DNA of 64,000 nucleotides from Podarcis tiliguerta. Its lineage: Eukaryota. Every line of letters begins with the position of its first letter. Within the stretch, counting starts at the first letter, position 1. Made by a program: the position numbers and the translations under genes. A model generated the notes under the pieces. That model searched no databases. It was given only the letters and a program-made list of their open reading frames with translations, and had not been told where the DNA came from. Positions 37,450 to 49,849 of the stretch are shown here, piece after piece. The stretch lies in assembly GCA_965153285.1 (NCBI GenBank), contig OZ229111.1. One strand, written 5' to 3'.

Positions 37450-39780
37450 TTTTTCCTGGTAGCGTCAGACACAAGGTGATGATCAACTTCAGAGGGTCAG
37501 CGGGATTTCTTTTGCAAGTCCAGACACCCTTCTTCAGATGCGTGTGATGTACCCAGGGGATCACCTCGACTACTTTCACTGCAGTTAGGGATGAGGGGGT
37601 CGCCAGACGCTGTCACTCAGAGGGACTGGTGAACCGGCTCAGCGAGACTGCCACGGGACTGCAGGTGTACGCTTGAGGGAATACCTGGAAAGAAAGCAAA
37701 CACACACAACAAACACAGGGATTGCACTTGTTCTTGGGTGATGTGATCTCCCATCTGCCCAAACCGGCGGGGATGCCTCGGACGAAAGGGGTTGGCCTGC
37801 CATATAGAAGTTCAAAGGGTGATAGTTCTCAGTCTCTTGGTTGGCGCACAGGGCACATTTTGGGATATAGCAGCAGTTAGTTATAGCAGCAGTTAGTTGA
37901 GGTAGAATATTCTCCCAAGGTGCGCCTTAGCAGCTGGGCCTCCCAAATGGGTGGACTCGTGGTAATTCTTTACAATTGTGCTGGCCAGATGTTGGGGCAC
38001 AAAAACACGGCTGTCCGGTCCTTCCTGGAGCGTTGCTCCTTCTTGGCTGGTCCACTGCTGTTCATCAAGGGTGTAACGTGGTTCCACATCGTCTGGAGTG
38101 AGTTCTGGTACCAATATCAAAAGTCCCGGTGGTGCCTCTAAATTGGCTGGAGAACAAATGTCTACGTTGGGGGCGCTGCCTGCGGGCGCCCCTCCCATCC
38201 AATTCTTCACCGTGCGTAGAGATATCAGCAAGGCGGTCGTCACTGGAGGGGATCTTCAGGATGCTGAGACACAGTCCAATCTGAAGCAGCTTTCTTATGT
38301 GGTGGACCCAAGGGGTGGTGCCAGCGACCTTCACAGCTGTGGGTGTGGAGAGCAGATGGGCCCTTCCAGCACGGCGGCAGTGGTGCCTGGGACCAGTCTC
38401 ATCCACACCTCGTCACCTGGCTCAAACTGGTCATGCAAGAAGTTCGGGCCTGGGTTGAGAGAGAAAATCTCGAGAGAGAGACTGTACATAATTGTTCAAT
38501 TCCACATCTTGAGCAGGGATAGGTGAAAGCATGCACACATAAGGAACCGGTCTCCCAAACATCACTTCAAAAGGGTGACAAGTGAATACGTTTCAATGGG
38601 AGGCTACAGACTCTAAGCAAAGCCAAGGGCAACATGGACACCCAATTAGACCCTGTTTCTTGGGTCAATGGTTTTTTTTTCAAAGTCCTGTTCATCCTTT
38701 CCTCTTTTCCAGAACTTTGGGGCCTATATGCGGTACCCACCATCTTCCTTCTTCACTGGCAACAGTGGGGTGTTTCACTGTGATTGGCATTGTTTCAAGA
38801 TTCCATGTTGAAGCAATCGCTTCAAATGCACCCACACTCCTTCAGCTGCCTGTCGTGGGATGGGGTATTGGTTTTTATCTTTCGCCCATAGTCCAGGGTC
38901 AACATCATGAGGCAGGCTAACAGGGAGGATTCCCTCCTCTTCTTTTACCATCATCAAGCACCAATGGTCTCTCAGGGGCATTTCTAAAGAAAACTCTCCT
39001 GCTGGTCCAGTTGTCATCATTACTTCCCCCATTGGTTGGAAGGAAATCTGGGCTTGTAATTTTGTTAACAAGTCTTGGCCCAATAAAGGAATGGGACACT
39101 CTGGTATATACAAAAAATTGTGCTGGACTACTTGGCCACCTAGGCAGCAGGTAACAGACTGCAAAAAACGGGGCCTTTTGTGATTTACCTGTGGCCCCAA
39201 TTATATTAACCACTTGGTTTGTGGGTTTTGTTACAGGCACAGGTAAGACTGAGTGGGCAGCTCCCTTGTTCACCTTCTCCTACCTGTAATAAGGTAGCTA
39301 GGTTAAGGGCTGTGGTAACCTGAAACTTCAGGCGTGAATGTAATAACAGCATCTGGCACTTCCTCATTTTCGCTTGTGATAGGAAATAGGTGCCTTTCAT
39401 GTCAAGTAAGGCTGGGACTGCATGTGGAGTCACACAGGTGGTGTCCTGTCCAAACGTGAATTTTATCTGCCTTCGTGAGTAGGGTGGCCACTGCCACAAT
39501 CGCTTTCATACAGGGGGGGGGCAATCTCTGTTCTGTTGGGGTTAGCTTCTCTGACAAGTATGCGACGGGTTGCTGCCAATTTTTCAGTTTCTGGCATAAG
39601 ACTCCCTTGGCTACCCCCTGGTCTTCATCTATGAACAGCGTAAAAGGCTTCTTGGGGTTTGGATGCCAAGCACTGGGGCTTGTTGTCACTTTGAGATCCT
39701 GAAAAGCCTGCTGCTGTTCCCTGCCCCATATAAAAGGATCCTTCTCTATTCCCTAGTTGACTCATGCAGGGGCCAAGCAA
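37450..39780 (-). pseudogene. pol: ERV pro/pol fragments in non-colinear order
   Basis: In minus-strand order: RT connection (KPFTLFIDE..GVAKGVLCQ..PVAYLSEKL..ALNLATLL), protease (KGAAHSVL..IPECPIPLLGQDLLTKLQAQI), RT N-terminus ([14 protein letters not shown]), IN core/C-terminus ([34 protein letters not shown]), RNaseH end/IN N-terminus (YHESTHLG), and a second IN C-terminus (LTAVKVVEVIPWVHHTHLK). No YXDD seen. Confidence 0.85.
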
Positions 39781-40817
39781 TGCTTCTGTAATTAGTAGTG
39801 AGTCCAGGAGATATTGTTCATCATCATAAGTGGGATTATAGGTTTAAAAAAAAAAAATCCCTTCAAACAATTTTACGATCTTTGCTGGATTCTCCTCAAA
39901 AGAGGGGTTCTGATTTCTCCAATTACAAACATCTGCACTTGAAAAGGGTATATGCTGGACCGTGTAGGTCTGTGGTGCCTTCGCTTGTTCAGCTGGGACA
40001 GGGGCTGGTGGATCATAAACCCTCTGAAGGGGCATTTCTCCAGTTGCCTGATCCTTCCTGGTTTTCTCATACTATCTGTGAGACATAACTCTCTTCGCCG
40101 CCTGTCCCCACTTACGTTGCCATCTCTTCCTCTTTTCAGGGGTGCAGCATTCTGCTGCCTCAACTAACAAGGGGCTTACATCCAACTTCTTCCTCAAATG
40201 GCTTTACAAACTCCTTTAGTCTCTTTTTCTGTCTTTCTGTCCACATTTTCTTTCCTTGATTCATATCATCTAGTGTCTTCCTAAACTCTTCGTTATCTTC
40301 CTCATCTTCCTCTTCTTCCGTCTCACTATCCTCCTTCGCAGGTCCTCCTCCCCCCTACACCAGCACCTCCCTGTGCTTCTTGATCTTGGCCTGGGGGGGG
40401 GGGGGGTTTGGAGGGGCTGTTGGTGGAGTGTAAGGTGGTGGCTTAATCACTCCCCCTCCTCATCTTCTGGGTCTTCTAACACCAGAGGCTTCACTGTACA
40501 AATCCTGTTCTGTGTGTTGCTGTCACAGCAAGACTTTAGCCATGGTAGATTCTTTTCTTTACATTGGTCTTCCATGTAGAGATATAGGGGATCTGGTCTG
40601 GGTGGACATTTAATATATTTTGCCACAGGGGGTTGATTTGCCACAGGGGGTTGATTAATTGCAAATCAAAGCCACGCAGTTCTCTGGGTTGGCAAGTCCA
40701 CCTCACATAAAGTTTTGAGTCTCTGTTTTTTCAATGTGAATCATCACTCTTCGTGGCTGTTTTCCAGTTATTAAAAAAGCATTCCAGAGGAATACATTGG
40801 CTTGCTCCAGACCCTAT
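39781..40817 (-). pseudogene. gag: ERV gag remnant (MA, PPPY late domain, N-terminal CA), truncated
   Basis: Start codon mutated to ATA (I-GSGASQCIPLEC). PPPYTPTAPP late motif ~40410-40440. Gamma-type CA motif HIPFSSADVCNWRNQNPSFEENP...NPTYDD. Frameshifts and stops throughout. Confidence 0.85.
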
Positions 40818-41390
40818 TTTTTTTTTTTTTTTTTTTCTTTTCAGATACTCCGCACCTGACTGGGCTGTAAATTCTTTCACAGTTCACACGATACAGATTG
40901 TGGTCTGCACGAGGTCGCCCTGGCAGAAAACGCACAACCCTGCAATCGCTCGGCCAAGGGGAGCGCTAGGCCCCGACCCACACTTGACAACAATTCAGTC
41001 ACTGGAGTATCTGACACACAACATGTCAACAAAACACTCAATTCCCTCTGCCCCATTCCCTTTCCCAAACCTTTACCAATTCCTTTCCTGGTGGCATTCT
41101 TACTGCCGGGCACTCTACTGCCAACTACCAGGTGAGGCTGATCAGGCCTCTGGCCCTTTCCCTCGGGCCCCTAGCCCTTTCCCTCGGGCTTACCTTTCTC
41201 CGCTGCGGACCTGTCCCCTCGGCGCCGTTCTGTCCTCTTGTTCTCCCTCAACTAGATGTCTCCGCTCCAGGACGGTGTGGCAATCTCCCCCTACAAACTG
41301 GCAGGGTGTGCACCGGAAATGCGAACGCCGATTGGAGCTGTTCACCTTGGTTGAGCCTGGCCCTCCGGTCCGTATTTGGGGAGGGGGCTG

Positions 41391-41408
41391 ATCCCGGACG
41401 AGCCCCCA
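41391..41408 (-). promoter_or_regulatory. Primer binding site complementary to tRNA-Pro (TGGGGGCTCGTCCGGGAT)
   Basis: Same 18-mer as the MLV tRNA-Pro PBS, 6 nt after the 5' LTR CA. Confidence 0.93.
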
Positions 41409-41414
41409 AAGAAA

Positions 41415-42042
41415 TGAAGCCTTATTTACCTAGGGATCCATTAGCCACGCCATCCCCTGGACCTCGGAGGGAACAAAAGTACCAGGAAAGCAAAATCTTC
41501 TTTGGAGAAAAAGAGTTTATTGAGATCTGAGCACAGAGTCAAGGTCTGTACTCAGAGACAGCCTGCTGGTTAGTTCCTAGAAATACACTGGCTGTAAAGC
41601 AAGACACTTCAGCAGACTTTCTTATACCCCCAGACTTCCCCAATCGGCTAGCAAATATTGCTTGCTTAACACATTTTATTGCTTGCTAAATATTCCTGTC
41701 TTTCTGCTAAGCCAAGCACTCCCTTCGTATCTCTTCTTATTCTTGCATTACTTAAAGCAGAAGCAAAGCAGGAAACATCTTGCTAGTGGTTTTTAGTTGA
41801 CAGCAGTTTTTGGCTAGGCAGGAAACGACCTTCTGACCTGTAACTAGCATCAGCAGTTTCAGATAGCTGGTTAGACAGGAAACGGCCTCCTGACCTGTCT
41901 GATTTAGACTTTGCAAATAACTGCATTTTTGGGTTTGAGCTTGTGTAACCATCCTAGCAGAGTGCCGGAATTTACTATGTGTAGATAATATTTGAGAGCA
42001 ACAGAATAAAATATTGAGAGAAACCTTTCCCATCTCCCTTTA
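41415..42042 (-). repeat. 5' LTR
   Basis: Direct repeat of 35797-36424 at offset 5618; no difference seen by eye, and the ORF-track translations 36134..36415 and 41752..42033 are identical. Begins TAAAGG, ends GGCTTCA. Confidence 0.96.
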
Positions 42043-45000
42043 TTAGGAAAGCCTTTGGTCATAACTTTGCACAGCCTCCAATAAGACATGGACAAAAATG
42101 TAGAAAGCAGCAATTGCATTGTTTGGGGGACCATGTAAAGGCCACTGCACATCTGCATTGTAACAGGTTGGGAAGAAGGGTGGGAAAAGAGCCTTGTGGT
42201 GTAGTATAGTATGAGGCACAGTGGCTGCATCATCTCTTAATGCTCTAGGTGATTTTACAAAGTATAAGCAATGCAATAAACTTGACTTGAATTGTCCTTG
42301 AACTGTAACATTTGTACCAGCTTCAGTTTTAAAAGGACAGCTTTAAATTCTGGCAGGCAGCCCTAAGGACTGTTATGTGTTTAACCCTGCCTGTCACCTA
42401 CACAACAACTGGAGAAAACTGGACAGAACTACTGTACTATCCATTCTGGAATTTCAAATTTCAGTGCTAGCAAGTTTGGTGTTAGGGAGAAATGTAATTT
42501 TCCCAGCTCAGACATAGGATATATTGTAATTAATGGCATCTCTAATTTTAATTGGTCCAAGGAGCACACACACATATATAAAATCAAGGTGGGGCTCTGG
42601 GGATTTACAAAAAAACTAGGCCCCAGTTTTTGTGTTCAGTCTACCTGATGGCTGAATAGGAGACAGATGGCCTACTCTTGAGATCTGGAGAGGTGAGAGA
42701 AGCCAATCAGAGTACCTTGTACTTTCTGAAATGGCCTCAGCTGGGGATAGGGAACCTGGTGCCCCTCCACAGGTTGTTGAGCCATAGCTCCCATCAGCTC
42801 CAGTCTGCATGGGCAATTGTACCGGGGATTATGGAAATTTAGTCCAGCAATATCTGGAAGCCCAGAGTCCTCACCCTGGCCTAAAGCAACACTGCAATCA
42901 GTGCTTTATTCCGATGCAAATGCAAGGGAATTTAACAGCAGACCCCCTGAGCATGTTTACTCAGAGGTAAATCCCATGAATTTCAATGAAATTTACTTCT
43001 TAGTAAGTGTGCATAAGATTGCAGCATAAATGAAGCAAAAAGGAAGAGAACCTATTTTACAGTCGTCATCATCATCTCCAGATGAGAACCTGGCAACTCT
43101 ATCAGCCAATAACGCTGTACCATAAATTCCTGTGTCCTACACAACTCTTTCTGCAGGATACGGGAGACCTAACAAAGGAAAAATATGGTTTCACTAAAAC
43201 CTGGAAGACATACATTTGGACTTTCATTCTCAACGGCTTAGCTAAGAATTAAGGGTGTTAACAGTATGCAGTACTTTGTTCTTATGAAACAAAATATGCA
43301 CCATTTTGTTCAATGTATTTTTAGTTTTCCCAATTTTCATACCACCTGCACACTCATCCATAACTATATCCTTTCAACACAGGGTATTCATTAATTAATT
43401 AAACGAACATGTTAATTGCACCTAGGTAAAAGCTTCTGAAGTGTAAAATAGCTGATTATAGACACTGGGTATTTAGTTGTGTTTCTGCCATTATGAAGAA
43501 ATCACTGTTTTTAACATTTGTTTCTATGAAACCTGACCAGTTTTGCAACAGCTTTTGGAGAATCCACAACACCCTTAGGCAGCTTATTCCAGTAGGGAAT
43601 AAGCGTTAAGAACAAAAGCGTAAGATCAATCTACCTCTCTCTCTCTATAGTTTAATACCACACAAACTCACTCACACATGCCTTTAGCCTTCTTTTGGTG
43701 ACCAACATGTAGTCGGCAGTCCCTTGGTTTGTTTTAATATTAATTGAGATTAATAATGTTTATCCTCGCAGCAGCTTGTTAAAATAAATTCCCCTTGCAT
43801 ATCTCTGTCCTCCATCACAAAGCCACTCCAGTGCACCACTTACAAGAAAACTGGCGTGAGGCCAAGATAAAGCCAAAGATCAATGGGAAAGCACTTAAGC
43901 ATCAGAATGCCTCACAGTGCTGATTAATCTGGATGAGATTTTATTTGTTAGGTCTTCCAACAGGGGTGGAAAGCATCCGTGTGTATCAGTACCGTCATAT
44001 GCCTCCAGTATTTATGTTAACAAGCACCTAGACTCCAGGGTATATGGTACAGGAATTAGGATGTTCCCACTGCCTGTCAAAATTCACGTGCATTCATTTT
44101 TTTGTTTTGCATGAAAATTGCTTAATACTAATGCAGTGTTGTATGGGCAGGGGAGGGGGCAAAAACATATTTCAAAAAGGTTTTGGGTATAATCGTTTGT
44201 TTTATGGCTTGCTCAATGCTGCTCCAGTTTTGACTGCTGTTGCTATTCTTATATAGTAATCTTGGGCGTCTTATAACTGTTAGCAAAAGTAGGTGAGATA
44301 TGTTGGTTTTAAATATTGTGTTTTCAGCTTTGTTTGCTGCCCTGGAAAATAAGGTGGGAGATAAACAAATAAATAAACAATCCATTTTACTTGCCTATTA
44401 TTGTATTGATAATAGTTTCGCAAGATGTTACCATAAGGCTACCAGATTTTTTTCAATGAATCCGGGGACACTTTTCAACTTCAATGGATTTTGTATGGGG
44501 ACTGATTTGTAAATCTGGTGACTGTCCCCGGGAAACGGGGACGTCTGGTAACCTTATTCTATCACTGTTGAAAGAAAAGTGCTCCTGGATGACTGTTATT
44601 TCATAAAGAACAAGGCAACAGGGACCACAAAATGATGACCCTTTGCAGTAAGCAAGGTAGTGTGCCCAACCATAACCCCATACCTGAGAAAAAGCTAGTC
44701 TAAGATAACTCGTGAGACTGGCTTTAACATTCTCAAGTTGTCATAAAATCTCAGCTTAAATTATCTAGTCAGAGGCTTCCTAGACACTTAAAAAAACCAA
44801 ACCAACCTTAGCCGCTTTTCCATTAAAGTGTCCTCATATGCAAGTGACTGTAAAAGCCTGTCATAGGGACTACACTTCAGCTACATGTGTACCTTGTAAT
44901 TTTCTGGTAGCATCAGTCAGTCTCTCTCTTTAGCATTATTCCACACTCTACCCCCTCAAAGAGAGGAAAACTCTGGCCCTCCTGTTCTTGTTGGGCTGCA

Positions 45001-46504
45001 GTTGCCAACTGTCCCAACCACCATGGGGATTGGCTAAGCATGATGGGAGCTTTAGTTCAACAAAATCCAGTGGATCACAGGTTCCCCAGCTCTCCATCAC
45101 TGAGCAAAACAGGCCTATGGAGACAGTTCTTTTTCACCAGCCCTCAGGGAGAGAATAGTACGAGAAATGGGGAAAGGGCATCAATCGTCATTTCTGAAGG
45201 GAAGCAAAGCTGAGTATTGAATCCCCTCAAATCACCTCATCAGACAGGTATGGACATAGTTATCATTCAGGAAATCCTCAAATTAGGAGCTAAATTCTAA
45301 TTTCAGAATACACATTCCAGATTCTTAGGCAGACAAACCTAGTCATTTCTGCCACCTGCTGTTTTTTTTTACACACACAAACTCCTGTATAGGGTTGCTG
45401 GTGTTTTTCCCTCTGTGTAACCAGGTTAACAACAAAGTAAAGCTTAAACTTGCTTAGGTCTCAATGGGCTTGCTTGAATTCTTTACTTCACCAAGTCCTT
45501 TTGAATAATCCTCATTTCTATTTCCCCTCACCTTTATTTCCCCCTTTTTCCTTTTGGGTGTCCACTGTGCTTAAATAACAGCTTTGTGTGGCTCACTTCA
45601 CACCACCACTGGGAATCTTTCCAGAATCTTTAAACTGGAAAGTTGCAATGCCCTTGCTGTTGACTTCATAATGCTGGCCTCTGAAGGAATGGGGTGATGT
45701 CATAGTTAAAGTGCTAGGATACCAACATTTAACATTCCTGCAGCAATACAACTGGTCAATCCTTTTGCTAGTCCCTGCTCATATATTCACATCAAACTGC
45801 CCTATCTCAACAAATTCCTCAAAACATTAAAAAACAACAAACCCTTAAAACACACCATTTATTGATGACGTTTACCGTAAGTATAAATCAGATTATTACA
45901 GGAACATCTCTCAAAACTTTAAGTCGAGCCCAATGTTTTAATGTGGTGCCCTCTAATGGACACATTGAAGAAATGCACATTATCAGGCTGCAGCAATTAA
46001 ATATGTAATTCAGTAAAGGCTAACACTGAAGGGGGCAGAACTGGTCTAATAGAATCATAGAATTGTAGAGTTAGAAGCAACCCTGAGGCTCATTGACTGC
46101 AACCCCCTGCAGTGCAGGAATCAAGACTCTTATTCCTGCATTCTTATTAGCAATGCCATAAACTGGGATGCAGTTAGAAAGCGCTTTTACATCTTATTTC
46201 CAATAGCAGTTAGCTCATGGCTTAAGGCATTTAAAAATGCAACTTTATACAAAAGGATCAAGAGTGCTCACACCAGAAAAAAATTAATTTGCATCTCCTG
46301 TGATGTCTGAAGTCACTCTTTGTTATTATTACACTGTGGATGAAACTTGGACTGATATCAGTGGTGTAGTGGAGCAGGAATGAAATGCTGCTACTTACTT
46401 CACAGCAGGAACAATGGTATTTCCTTGGTGCTATTTACCCATCCCTCTGCTCGACGCCCAATAAATAAGCTTTCACCAGAGAGAAACCACCCCATACGCT
46501 AAGC

Positions 46505-46756
46505 CAGGGGTCAGCAATCTTTTTCAGCCATGGGCTTGTCTACCGTACTCAGACCATGTGGTGGGCTGGACTAATTTTTTGGGGGGGGAATAAATGAATG
46601 AATTCCTATGCCCCACAAATAACCCAGAGATGCATTTTAAATAAAAGGACACCTTCTACTCATGTAAAAGCACGCTGATTCCGTCCCATCCGCAGGCCGG
46701 ATTGAGAAGGCGATTGGGCCGCATCCGGCCCCCGGGCCTTAGTTTGCCTATCCCTG
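46505..46756. mobile_element. hAT (Charlie-like) MITE
   Basis: TIR CAGGGGTCAGCAA / TTGCCTATCCCTG; TSD cgctaagc / cactaagc. Confidence 0.8.
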
Positions 46757-48404
46757 CACTAAGCAAAGGAAGAGCCAAGTCACCTTAGCATGCATGGCTA
46801 CGGGTTTAACTGCCTCTTCAATTCTGAGCAATTCCAAAATCTATTATTACCACCCAAAATGCCACAAAATAGGAAGCAAGCTTTTGAGTCCAGGGAGTGT
46901 AGTTATAGGACTAGTCACAAAGGGTGCCTGAACTTCAGAATCTTCCATTGAGCAGGGTGCTACAAGTTTCCACAAAGAATGGCAACAGAGGGTTATGGAG
47001 TGAAAGCCCTTACCTTTTGTTTGTTTGTGCATCTCATATTCAGCAAGCCACCAAACTATGCTTTAGTTTCAGAGGTAAAGAGAAGCCACCTCTACCAGCT
47101 GATTTCAAAATGGATGCAGGTGTGCCCAGGTTGTTTTCCCCAGTGAGATTCTCCATCAGCTGCTCTCACAAAGCCCTGGTAATTAAATCAGGTGCTTAAG
47201 ATTCTGTTTGGGGGGGGAACTGGATTTGTGGGGGGGGGGGCAGCAAGGAGAAAGGTGCTGCTAAAGAAATGCTACAAATAGCCTGAGTGTTCTGCACACC
47301 TTGTTTTTAATAGCAGCCTGATTAGCAATAGAATATTAAAATCAACTTAATTATTCCCTTCCATCAGGTCTGGAATTCTAATACTATTATGGAAAGAGAT
47401 TCTCCCTGCTTCATTTTTTAAGCTGTTGCTCTCAGCCCACCCATAAACTTGGGCCTACTAAATGATGTATTATAATCCTCTGTTCCCCAGTTAAGGCCCC
47501 CCCACCCCCGGAAAAACCGTTTTACTGTTTTATCCTACTTAGGCTATAGATTGAGTTAATAGTTAGACTACTGGATAATTGTGTTGTCTTTTATTTCTAG
47601 TACATATCGCATCAAAACATCTGCCTACCTTTAAAAGATTACGGTCTAAAACTGGTGGCCATACACCTCCTTTTAAACACCAGATTTTAGGCTCCAGGAA
47701 TATACATTGACTACTTATGCATCAGGAAAGAATTAGACTTGTGTGACCTAAAGCCAGTTTCTGCCAGTAGGTGCATCATGCATATTTTGCTCTGGGCAAG
47801 GGAACAGTATAAAATAGTCAAAATTCAGAGAAGTCTGCACATGCAGCAAACAGAATGATCACCGAGTTGTGTTCAACACATCACAGCATTGCTCTAGCTC
47901 TGTTGCCAGGATATTTAGTGTCCTGCCATGACTATCCCACAACAGCCAGAGCTTTAAGCCAGCCCATAATGACTTGCTGTTGTATCAAGCTATATGACAA
48001 GATAGTTTAATATCTGACTTGCTCTCATGTACTGGATTCTACCCGTATACTGGCTTTCAGCGTATCAGTTGGAAAGACTTCCACCCTGATTGGATCTTGT
48101 TTTCATTTTCTCTCTGCACAGAAATAGGATACATCTGCTGCCATCTGTTCCTGTTGCCCCAGACATAAACCTCCCCCCACCTCTCTATATGTACATATCA
48201 GTTTAAGAGACCACACATTTAATGGGCTTTATTTAGCCCATAGAAACTTACACCACTTGTTAGCCTTACGTTACAAGAAGACTTTTTATTGGTTACAGAA
48301 AACACCTTCTGGAATTTGTCACCTGGAAATGCCACATTTTCCTGCATGGTGGTGGCATAGCAGAATAACTATCTGGGCCAATTCTTGTGCCTGTAAGCAT
48401 GTGC

Positions 48405-48930
48405 ATAGGTGCCTCACCACACACTCATGGGCCCATCGCTCAACATCCAAAGAAGAAGAAGAAGAAGAAGAAGAAGAAGAAGAAGAAGAAGAAGGGGAGG
48501 AGGAGGAGGAGGAGGAGGAGGAGGAGGAGGAGGAGGAGGAGGAGTTTGGATTTGATATCCCGCTTTAGCACTACCCGAAGGAGTCTCAAAGCGGCTAACA
48601 TTCTCCTTTCCCTTCCTCCCCCACAACAAACACTCTGTGAGGTGAGTGGGGCTGAGAGACTTCAAAGAAGTGTGACTGGCCCAGGGTCACCCAGCAGCTG
48701 CATGTGGAGGAGCAGACGCGAACCCGGTTCACCAGATCACGAGTCCACCGCTCTGAACCACTACACCACACTGGCTCCCAAAGTGCTGCACCAACAAGCA
48801 CCCAACAACCCCTCTGCAGGGCCACAAATCCAACTTAATGGTGTAACGTTGGAAAATGTCAACCACCTTTCCTACCTTGGCAGTTATCTTTCCACAAGGG
48901 CCAACAATGATGCCAAAATCCAGCATTGCC
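48405..48930 (+). mobile_element. RTE-clade LINE fragment split by the Squam3B-like SINE
   Basis: ...SLNIQ before the SINE continues as KVLHQQAPNNPSAGPQIQLNGVTLENVNHLSYLGSYLSTRANNDAKIQH after it (RT thumb region, YLG motif). Confidence 0.65.
48451..48776 (-). mobile_element. Squam3B-like SINE with long (TTC)n(TCC)n tail
   Basis: Same family; the tail microsatellite spans ~48451-48545. Confidence 0.8.
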
Positions 48931-49849
48931 CAGAGCATGGATCAGAGCTGGTGACCTGTGACAGATCATACAACAGCTAGCCAGCCCAACAACAAATGGT
49001 TTTGCTCACGTGTGTGTATATGGGGGGGGGGGCGCGGCGGAGAGAGACGACACTTGATTGACAGTCTCTTTTTTATCTCACTTGGTTTCCTCAAGCTCCA
49101 GGAAGAGGACTGGAGCTCAAAAACAGAGAGAAACTGTGGGTATCTGGAGCCGAAGTTGTAAAATAGCACAATATGTGAATCTGTGTCTTCTGCACCATGT
49201 AATATGTAATGGAAGAAACTGTAATTTACCATTTCCATGTATTTCAGTACATGTGTGCATTTTAAGTACCATTTTCTTAAATGTAAGGTCTCCTAGAACA
49301 ACTGGTTCCTACTTATAATAAACAATGTTTACTAAACTTCAGGGCTAGTCATGACAACATCTGTGCTTGCTGATCAATTACAATCCACTTGAGGGCCATG
49401 ACAACAGCATCTATTGGTTTCTTTGACCTCAAAAGCGCAATATTCAACACAATATTCCCTCTGTATGTGCAGAATTTTAAAAACGATGTCATGTAATTCC
49501 CAGCAACTCCATCGCATTGAGGGAATTGTGGAACCCCTACTCAGCAAAGATGACTGACCCATCAATGGCAATTTCCACATGAAAACACTATCTAGCACAT
49601 GTACTGTATAATAAATGGCTAGGGGACTATACGGGGGTCTTCATCCCAAGACTTTGCACATGCTTTTATAGGCGCTGTAGGTGCTCAATAATTGCTCATA
49701 TCAAAACAGAAGGGCAACAGATTCAAAATGGGAGATGATGTGACAGCTGATGGTAAGTGCAGGTCTCCCTCTTCACCGAACAGTGTCACCCTTTAGCTAT
49801 TCTTGGATGTTTAGCAGCAGAAAATTAAAAACAGCTCCAGCTGGTCACA

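Larger units (their letters stand above)
35797..42042 (-). mobile_element. Endogenous retrovirus, gamma-like (ERV1), non-autonomous provirus
   Basis: Two 628-bp LTRs, TTAG TSD (35793-35796 / 42043-42046), tRNA-Pro PBS, PPT, and gag/pro/pol/env remnants on the minus strand. Confidence 0.95.

Noticed and set aside
40753-41530. 212-aa and 132-aa plus-strand ORFs
   Set aside because: Antisense to the GC-rich ERV leader with non-ATG starts; no recognisable protein.
48257-48980. ORFs with poly-E/K/R runs (also 10321-10743 and 32185-32563)
   Set aside because: Translations of the SINE microsatellite tail plus SINE, RTE or Penelope sequence; not host genes.
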